Below, piece after piece: positions 57,852 to 64,000 of a DNA stretch of 64,000 nt. The notes beneath the pieces were generated by a model. It made no database searches. It was not told the origin of the DNA and saw nothing but the letters and a program-made list of their open reading frames with translations. Position numbers and translations under genes: made by a program. This DNA comes from a virus (lineage: Duplodnaviria > Caudoviricetes). The stretch lies in IMG/VR virus record IMGVR_UViG_3300030104_006170. One strand, given 5' to 3'. Within the stretch, counting starts at the first letter, position 1, and the number at the start of each line of letters is the position of its first letter.

Positions 57852-57883
57852 AATGAAAGGAAACTCTTTTGTTTCCTTTCATT
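57852..57883 (-). terminator. Hairpin terminator after dnaK
   Basis: Perfect 13-bp stem AATGAAAGGAAAC-TCTTTT-GTTTCCTTTCATT. Confidence 0.8.
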
Positions 57884-57891
57884 TAATTAAT

Positions 57892-59766
57892 TTACTTTAC
57901 TTCTTCGTATTCTACATCTGTGGCGGATTCTTCAGAATTTCCTGTTGTGTCATCTGTCATATCTTGTTCGGTAGATTCATACATCTTAGTACTAATTTCT
58001 TGCCAAGTACTGTTTAATTTTTCTGTTAAATCTTCTACCCCTTCCATATCCTCTTCTTTACAAACTTCTCTAAGTTCTTTAATTGTGTTTTCTAGACGAG
58101 ATTTATCGGTGTCTTCTAATTTATCCCCAAATTCCTTAATTTGTTTTTCAGTTTGGAACATCAGTGAGTCGGCCTCGTTTAACTTTTGAATCTTTTCTAG
58201 TTTTTTTGTATCTGCTTCTGAATTTGCCTCGGCTTCTTTTCTCATTCTCTCTATTTCATCGTCAGATAGACTACTTCCAGACTCAATCTTAATATTTTGT
58301 TGTTTACCAGTACCTTTATCTACAGCCTTAACATCTATAATACCATTTGCGTCGATATCAAAAGTAACCTCTACTTGTGGAATACCTCTTGGTGATGGTG
58401 GTATGTCGGTTAGTTGGAATTTACCTAAAGTTCTATTGTCAGTGGCCATTGGTCTTTCACCTTGTAAGACATGAATGTCAACAGCTGGTTGGTTATCTAC
58501 CGCTGTAGAGAAAACTTGTGATTTGGAGGTTGGGATTGTTGTGTTTGCATCTATTAATTTAGTCATTACCTGTCCCATAGTTTCAATACCTAAAGATAGT
58601 GGTGTTACATCTAATAATAAAACATCATTTACGTCACCCGCTAAAACACCTCCTTGAATGGCTGCTCCCATCGCTACCACTTCATCCGGATTAACCCCTT
58701 TAGATGGTTTTTTATTAAATAATTTTTCTACAGCTTCCTGTACTGCTGGAATTCTAGTAGAACCCCCCACTAATAAAATTTCATCGATATCTGAAGCTTT
58801 TAATTTTGCGTCTTTTAAAGCTTTTCTACAGGGTGTTAAACTTTTTTTAACTAAATCACTAACCATAGACTCAAATTTTGCTCTAGATAAATTACGTACC
58901 AAATGTTTTGGTCCGGTATTGTCAGCTGTTATATATGGTAAATTAATTTCGGTTGTATTTGAGTTTGATAGTTCTACTTTTGCTTTTTCTGCAGCCTCTC
59001 TAAGTCTTTGTAGTGCAGATGGGTCTTTAGATAGGTCCATACCATTTTCATTATTAAACTCATCTAATAACCACTCGATTATTTTTTCATCAAAATTATC
59101 TCCACCTAAGTGAGTATCACCGTTAGTAGATTTTACTTCAAACACACCGTCACCGAGTTCTAAGATTGACACGTCAAATGTACCACCACCTAGGTCATAA
59201 ACAGCAACTGTCATATCTTTATTTTGTTTATCCATACCATAAGCTAATGCAGCAGCGGTAGGTTCATTTATAATTCTAAGTACTTCAAGACCGGCAATTT
59301 CTCCAGCTTCTTTTGTTGCTTTTCTTTGTTCGTCATTAAAATAAGCTGGTACTGTTATTACAGCTTGGGTTACTTTTTCACCGAGATAGTCTTCGGCTGT
59401 CTTTTTTAGGTTTTGTAGTACTACTGCTGAAATTTCTTGTGGTACATACTTTTTATCATTCACGTCTATAGTTACAACACCTTTTGTTCCTTTAACTACT
59501 GAGTAAGGCATTTTTTTTGCTTCCTTACTAATTTCACTAAATTTACTACCAATAAATCTTTTTACAGAATAAATAGTATTTTTAGGATTTGTAACTGCTT
59601 GTCTTTTTGCTGGGTCACCCACACTACGGTCACCATCTTTAAAAGATACAATAGAAGGTGTGGTTCTTTTTCCTTCTGCATTTACAATTATTTCTGGGTT
59701 TCCACCCTCTACCACAGAAACACACGAATTCGTTGTTCCTAAATCAATTCCAATTACTTTTGTCAT
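57892..59766 (-). CDS. dnaK: Chaperone DnaK (Hsp70), Bacteroidota-like
   Basis: [42 protein letters not shown]; C-terminal DVEYEEVK. Confidence 0.98.
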   Translation of the reverse strand: MTKVIGIDLGTTNSCVSVVEGGNPEIIVNAEGKRTTPSIVSFKDGDRSVGDPAKRQAVTNPKNTIYSVKRFIGSKFSEISKEAKKMPYSVVKGTKGVVTIDVNDKKYVPQEISAVVLQNLKKTAEDYLGEKVTQAVITVPAYFNDEQRKATKEAGEIAGLEVLRIINEPTAAALAYGMDKQNKDMTVAVYDLGGGTFDVSILELGDGVFEVKSTNGDTHLGGDNFDEKIIEWLLDEFNNENGMDLSKDPSALQRLREAAEKAKVELSNSNTTEINLPYITADNTGPKHLVRNLSRAKFESMVSDLVKKSLTPCRKALKDAKLKASDIDEILLVGGSTRIPAVQEAVEKLFNKKPSKGVNPDEVVAMGAAIQGGVLAGDVNDVLLLDVTPLSLGIETMGQVMTKLIDANTTIPTSKSQVFSTAVDNQPAVDIHVLQGERPMATDNRTLGKFQLTDIPPSPRGIPQVEVTFDIDANGIIDVKAVDKGTGKQQNIKIESGSSLSDDEIERMRKEAEANSEADTKKLEKIQKLNEADSLMFQTEKQIKEFGDKLEDTDKSRLENTIKELREVCKEEDMEGVEDLTEKLNSTWQEISTKMYESTEQDMTDDTTGNSEESATDVEYEEVK

Positions 59767-59824
59767 TTTTAATTAATTTTCTTTTTTTTATTTGTTTATG
59801 AAATTATTTTCATTAGTTTTGTAG

Positions 59825-59840
59825 TACAATTACTGTACCA
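59825..59840 (-). promoter_or_regulatory. Sigma54-like -24/-12 promoter for dnaK
   Basis: TGGTACAGTAATTGTA versus consensus TGGCACGnnnnTTGCW, with exact spacing. Confidence 0.55.
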
Positions 59841-59863
59841 AAAGTAATAAATAATAAGTAAGA

Positions 59864-59897
59864 TGTCAAACCTGACATAACTAATGACATTTTGTCA
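59864..59897. promoter_or_regulatory. Four TGACA/TGTCA half-sites (candidate regulator binding site)
   Basis: TGTCA-N4-TGACA-N7-TGACA-N3-TGTCA in the dnaK/clpC divergent spacer. Confidence 0.6.
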
Positions 59898-59901
59898 GTG
59901 G

Positions 59902-59931
59902 TTGATTCTTATAAGAAATATAGTAAATTTA
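59902..59931 (+). promoter_or_regulatory. Putative early promoter for clpC (TTG-N19-TAAATTTA)
   Basis: Fits the early consensus seen at the other sites. Confidence 0.45.
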
Positions 59932-59944
59932 AATAAAAAAGAAT

Positions 59945-61981
59945 ATGATAGATTTTAGTGCGGACTCCGAAATGGAAGAAATTAGTGGGAAAGAGGAACC
60001 TACACAATCAAATAGTGAAAGTGGTACACCAATACTAGACAATTTTTCACGTGATTTGACTGCTCTTGCAGCAAAAAATAGATTAGACCCAGTTATAGGT
60101 AGGGATGATGAAGTTAAAAGAATAGTGCAAATTCTTGCAAGACGTAAAAAAAATAACCCAGTTCTTATAGGTGAACCGGGTGCGGGAAAAACTTCCGTAG
60201 TTGAGATGTTAGCGACAATGATTCATAAAGGTCAGTGTCCTAGAAAATTATTAAATAAAAGAATAGTTCTTTTAGAACTTTCTTCATTGGTTGCGGGTAC
60301 CAAATATCGTGGTCAGTTTGAGGAGAGGATGAAAGCTATCATAGATGAGTTAAGAGAAAATAAGGATGTTATTATTTTTATAGATGAAATTCATACTGTG
60401 GTTGGTACTGGAAATTCTTCTGGGAATTTGGATGCTGCTAACATTTTTAAACCGCCTTTAGCTAGAGGTGAAGTACAGTGTATTGGTGCAACAACAATGG
60501 ATGAGTACCGTGAAAAAATTGAGAAAGATGGGGCCTTAGAAAGAAGGTTTCAAAAAGTAACTATAGAACCACCCACACTTAACGAAACTATTGAGATTTT
60601 AGAGAATATTAAGCATGTTTATGAAGACCATCATAATGTTATATATGATAAAAATTGTGTTGAGTTATGTGTTAAATTAGCGGATAGATATATAAGTGAT
60701 AGAGCTTTTCCAGATAAAGCTATAGACATTATGGATGAGGTCGGTTCGATGGTACAAATAGATGTTAAAACCCCAAAATCTTTAGAGAAATTAAAAAATG
60801 ATATTGGTGTATTAAAAAAGGAAAAGATTGATGTTGTTAAATCACAAGACTACGAAAAAGCTGCTGACTTAAGGGATAAGGAACGTAAATTAACCACTAA
60901 ATTAAAGACATTAACTCAGAATTGGGAGGAAAAACAATCTTTACATAAAATTCCTGTCACAGTAGAGAATATAATGTCGGTGGTTTCTAAAATAACAAAA
61001 ATTCCTTTAAGTAGAATGAATCAAAATGAAAAAAAGAATCTTCTTAATTTAGATAAGCATTTAAAAAAGAGTGTTGTCGGTCAAGATAAAGCGATTGATA
61101 CTATTGTAAAATCTGTAAGAAGAAATTCTGTCGGGATTAAGGAGTTAGATAAACCTATTGGTTCTTTTATTTGTTTGGGACCTACTGGTGTTGGTAAAAC
61201 TCATTTGGCAAAAAAATTAGCTGAACTAATGTTTGGTTCGGAAGAATCAATGATTAGAGTCGACATGTCCGAATACCAAGAAAAACATTCTGTATCAAGG
61301 TTAATAGGTTCTCCTCCAGGTTATGTTGGTTATAATGAAGGTGGTCAATTCACAGAAAAAGTTAGACAAAACCCATATTCTTTAATTCTTTTTGATGAGA
61401 TAGAAAAGGGTCATCGTGAAATATTTAATATTTTATTACAAATTTTAGATGATGGTTATGTGACTGATGCTTCTGGAAGAAAAATAAATTTTAAAAATAC
61501 CTTAATAATGATGACCTCAAACATAGGTGTTAAAAACTCACAAGATTTTAGTAATAGTTTAGGATTCACAACCAAAGCCTCTCAACAAACTGATAAAGAA
61601 AGAGTTAGAACAATAATCTCAAAATCTCTTAAAAATACTTTTAACCCTGAATTCCTTAATAGGTTAGATGATATTATTATTTTTGAGACTTTAGATAAAG
61701 AGAGTATTAAGAAAATTGTTAAAATTGAGTTGTCACATTTAACATCTAGATTAGTAGAAAAGGGGTATACAATTAAGTTTGGTCCTTCTATTGTTGACCA
61801 TATATGTAAAATTGGTTATGATGAAAAATTTGGAGCTAGACCATTAAAAAGGTCGATACAATCAGAAGTAGAAGATTTTATTGCAGCTCAAATACTTAAG
61901 AGTGATGTTACCGAAGGGAAAGTTTATAGTATGAGTTATAATAAAACGACAGAAAAATTTAAATTGATTGAAAAACAATAG
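59945..61981 (+). CDS. clpC: ClpC-like AAA+ unfoldase lacking the N-terminal Clp-repeat domain
   Basis: GEPGAGKT, GTKYRGQFEER, FIDEIH, UVR-type M-domain, GPTGVGKT, LFDEIEK, LGF loop, GARPL. Confidence 0.92.
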   Translation: MIDFSADSEMEEISGKEEPTQSNSESGTPILDNFSRDLTALAAKNRLDPVIGRDDEVKRIVQILARRKKNNPVLIGEPGAGKTSVVEMLATMIHKGQCPRKLLNKRIVLLELSSLVAGTKYRGQFEERMKAIIDELRENKDVIIFIDEIHTVVGTGNSSGNLDAANIFKPPLARGEVQCIGATTMDEYREKIEKDGALERRFQKVTIEPPTLNETIEILENIKHVYEDHHNVIYDKNCVELCVKLADRYISDRAFPDKAIDIMDEVGSMVQIDVKTPKSLEKLKNDIGVLKKEKIDVVKSQDYEKAADLRDKERKLTTKLKTLTQNWEEKQSLHKIPVTVENIMSVVSKITKIPLSRMNQNEKKNLLNLDKHLKKSVVGQDKAIDTIVKSVRRNSVGIKELDKPIGSFICLGPTGVGKTHLAKKLAELMFGSEESMIRVDMSEYQEKHSVSRLIGSPPGYVGYNEGGQFTEKVRQNPYSLILFDEIEKGHREIFNILLQILDDGYVTDASGRKINFKNTLIMMTSNIGVKNSQDFSNSLGFTTKASQQTDKERVRTIISKSLKNTFNPEFLNRLDDIIIFETLDKESIKKIVKIELSHLTSRLVEKGYTIKFGPSIVDHICKIGYDEKFGARPLKRSIQSEVEDFIAAQILKSDVTEGKVYSMSYNKTTEKFKLIEKQ

Positions 61982-61989
61982 TGTATGGA

Positions 61990-61997
61990 TATTTATA
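61990..61997 (+). promoter_or_regulatory. Putative late promoter TATTTATA
   Basis: 4 nt upstream of the ATG at 62002. Confidence 0.65.
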
Positions 61998-62001
61998 GGC
62001 C

Positions 62002-63102
62002 ATGAAACTGATAATAACAAAAAAACAATCTAGACGATTAATTAAAGAAGCTTTAGGTGTACCAAAATCTATAGAATTTTGGGTAGATACATTTTCTGAT
62101 GTAGTAAATGATGGTTTGTTAATGTTATTATCTTCTGATGATAAAGAAGTTTTTTTTACTGGAGATGATGTACAACAAAAAGCAGTTTCTAGAGGGTGGA
62201 ATAGTTCCAATGATAAATTTTTAGACTTCCCATTAGCTGAACCTCAGTTAAATCTAAAATTAGTAGTAGTACCTGATGAAAATATAAATACTGGTGACGA
62301 TTACATAGACGCTGCCTCTTTTGATACTAGTGAAATTAATTTGGTTGACGCTACTTTTGATGATGGTAAGACCTTCCCTTTAGTTGTTGGTGGTATCATC
62401 AATATGGAAATTAATATCCCTGAGTCTTCATATGAAAATGGTTCGTTTATTGAACTTTATAATTCTGAAATCAAACCTTATGCAGAATCTATTTTGTTTC
62501 ACGAACTAACTCATGTTTATGAATTTTACAAAAGAATATTAAGTAATTCGGCAAAACCAAATTTCGAACAGGTCGCTAATTTAACTCAGATGTTAAACAA
62601 GATGGGTGCTGTGGATGATTGGGACGAATTAATGTTCATGATTTATCTACATTTAAGTTTTGAACTTAACGCTAGGATATCTGAAGTTTATGGTTTACTA
62701 AGAAATAAAAATATTAATTCCAAGGAAGAGTTTATAGAGTTTTTAAAGACTTCTAGGGCTTTTTCTTACGCTAAAAGACTTAATAACTTTAGTGCTGAAA
62801 AGTTTTTTGAGGACTTTGAACTTTCTCAGGAAACTATAGATAGAGTTAGAGAATACGATGGTAAAAAAACACCAATAGATGAGATAAAGAATGTGGTATT
62901 AGACCAACTAATTCAAAATTGGTCTGTGACATACGAAGATTTCCTAAAAGATTTTTCTGCTGATGAAACTATAAAGATACCTAACTTACCCACTAAAGTA
63001 TTATCCTCACCTCAAAACTTCCTAAAATTTTGGGAGAAGCGGTTCAATAAAGCAGGTCACGATTCTTTAAGAAAAATTTCACGTTTATATTCGGCCATCT
63101 AA
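62002..63102 (+). CDS. Putative zinc metallopeptidase-like late protein
   Basis: ILFHELTH (HExxH) with downstream ELNA; N-terminal MKLIITKKQSRRLIKE motif. Confidence 0.6.
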   Translation: MKLIITKKQSRRLIKEALGVPKSIEFWVDTFSDVVNDGLLMLLSSDDKEVFFTGDDVQQKAVSRGWNSSNDKFLDFPLAEPQLNLKLVVVPDENINTGDDYIDAASFDTSEINLVDATFDDGKTFPLVVGGIINMEINIPESSYENGSFIELYNSEIKPYAESILFHELTHVYEFYKRILSNSAKPNFEQVANLTQMLNKMGAVDDWDELMFMIYLHLSFELNARISEVYGLLRNKNINSKEEFIEFLKTSRAFSYAKRLNNFSAEKFFEDFELSQETIDRVREYDGKKTPIDEIKNVVLDQLIQNWSVTYEDFLKDFSADETIKIPNLPTKVLSSPQNFLKFWEKRFNKAGHDSLRKISRLYSAI

Positions 63103-63113
63103 TATTTTTTTCT

Positions 63114-63121
63114 TATCTTTG
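63114..63121 (+). promoter_or_regulatory. Bacteroidota-type -7 promoter box TATCTTTG
   Basis: Exact TAnnTTTG, 4 nt before the ATG at 63126. Confidence 0.6.
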
Positions 63122-63125
63122 TAGT

Positions 63126-63626
63126 ATGAAATTAGAAAAAGCAAGAAATATAGCCCTTAAATTGATGAGACAACACGGTCTCAATGACTACACTTTTAAG
63201 TGGGACAGAGCGGTTCGTAGATTTGGTTGCCACAATGGTAGATTAAAAACACTTTCGCTTTCTAGACCTATGACTCAACACGAAACTAACGAAAAAAGAG
63301 TAATTAATACCATCCTTCATGAAATTGCACATGGACTAGATTATAAAAACAGAGGATATTCAAATCATGATTCCGAGTGGAAAAGAGTGGCTAGGTCTAT
63401 TGGTTGTAGTGGTGAAAGATGTAGTAGTGGGTCTGGTGTTGACAAGTCTCAATTTATGAAATGGGTAGCTACTTGCCCTAATTGTGAAAGAGAAGTTTAT
63501 TATGCAAGAAAAACAAAAGTAGAGAAAGCGTGTGGTAGTTGTTGTAAAAAACATAATAACAACAAATACACATCAAAGTATAAGTTTAACTGGGAATTAA
63601 ATCCCAAAGTTGTAAAATATAGATAA
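63126..63626 (+). CDS. SprT-like zinc metalloprotease with a C-terminal Zn ribbon
   Basis: AVRRFGCH, ILHEIAH, HDSEWK, CPNC...CGSC. Confidence 0.9.
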   Translation: MKLEKARNIALKLMRQHGLNDYTFKWDRAVRRFGCHNGRLKTLSLSRPMTQHETNEKRVINTILHEIAHGLDYKNRGYSNHDSEWKRVARSIGCSGERCSSGSGVDKSQFMKWVATCPNCEREVYYARKTKVEKACGSCCKKHNNNKYTSKYKFNWELNPKVVKYR

Positions 63627-64000
63627 TGGAAAGACTACAATATAAAATAAAAAATGGACCACGAGTAGAGTCGGTAAATGAATTTACTCTTAATGATAAT
63701 ACAATAGTTGCGATGTTTCAGGGATTTAGAGGTTCTTATCCTGAATTAGATTTTATTGTGAAGTATAAAGAACCAATAAAAAAATTAAGAACCCCATCTC
63801 ATACTCACTGGATTGTTGACCTTCTGGTGAAAGCAGAATTTAATAAAGAAATGGTTAGGGATTTTGTTCAAAAATATCTAGACCTATACGATGTTATGGT
63901 TCCTTTTGAGTCTCAAGAAGAACGTAATACATACGAACTACAACATGTAGGAGGGTCTCTAACAGACTTTCAGGACCTAGATGGTCGTGGATACCTTAGT
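63626..64000 (+). CDS. Hypothetical protein, 3'-truncated by the window edge; absent from the ORF track
   Basis: TAATG overlap; frame open to the end: MERLQYKIKNG...KLRTPSHTHWIVDLLVK... Confidence 0.7.
   Translation, partial: MERLQYKIKNGPRVESVNEFTLNDNTIVAMFQGFRGSYPELDFIVKYKEPIKKLRTPSHTHWIVDLLVKAEFNKEMVRDFVQKYLDLYDVMVPFESQEERNTYELQHVGGSLTDFQDLDGRGYLS

Noticed and set aside
348-61981. About 35 opposite-strand ORFs in the track (e.g. 348-581, 4950-5399, 7787-8161, 13710-14255, 20007-20438, 45662-46069, 58658-59113)
   Set aside because: Each lies antisense to a well-supported gene and has the Ser/Phe/Ile-rich composition of shadow frames, with no promoter or motif support
1-64000. Alternative genetic code (TAG or TGA recoding)
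   Set aside because: Conserved genes are full length in code 11, and TAA, TAG and TGA all end genes at sensible positions
1-64000. tRNA, rRNA, integrase or transposase genes
   Set aside because: Intergenic gaps are short and accounted for; no cloverleaf or mobile-element motifs recognised by eye, though a tRNAscan/Infernal run would be needed to be certain

Overview
AT-rich (roughly 30% GC), gene-dense segment of a T4-like jumbo phage using the standard genetic code. The host is probably a member of Bacteroidota: DnaK and ClpC are Bacteroidota-like, there is a DUF4494-like gene, early promoters fit TTG-N19/20-TAnnTTT(G), and gene leaders are A-rich with almost no Shine-Dalgarno sites. The window holds the head module (terminase, portal, prohead protease, scaffold, major capsid), neck and tail-completion genes, a gp5-like spike, a family B DNA polymerase, a SNF2 helicase, a gp55-like late sigma factor, DnaK, ClpC, and a ~21 kb glycosyltransferase/nucleotide-sugar island (14.4-35.1 kb). 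Main leads: (1) a candidate self-contained phage glycosylation system, with (S/T)G-x-(T/S)-rich virion proteins as possible acceptors; (2) an unannotated 21-aa, 9-Cys metallothionein-like micro-gene at 42324-42389; (3) a late-promoter motif TATTTAT(A/T), the reverse complement of the T4 late box, upstream of 18 genes; (4) five tandem peptide repeats in the scaffold separated by putative protease sites, plus a shared amphipathic motif ending in (I/L/V)-x-E in many late proteins; (5) a sigma54-like promoter with TGACA/TGTCA boxes upstream of dnaK. All family assignments come from motif recognition by eye; no database search was run.
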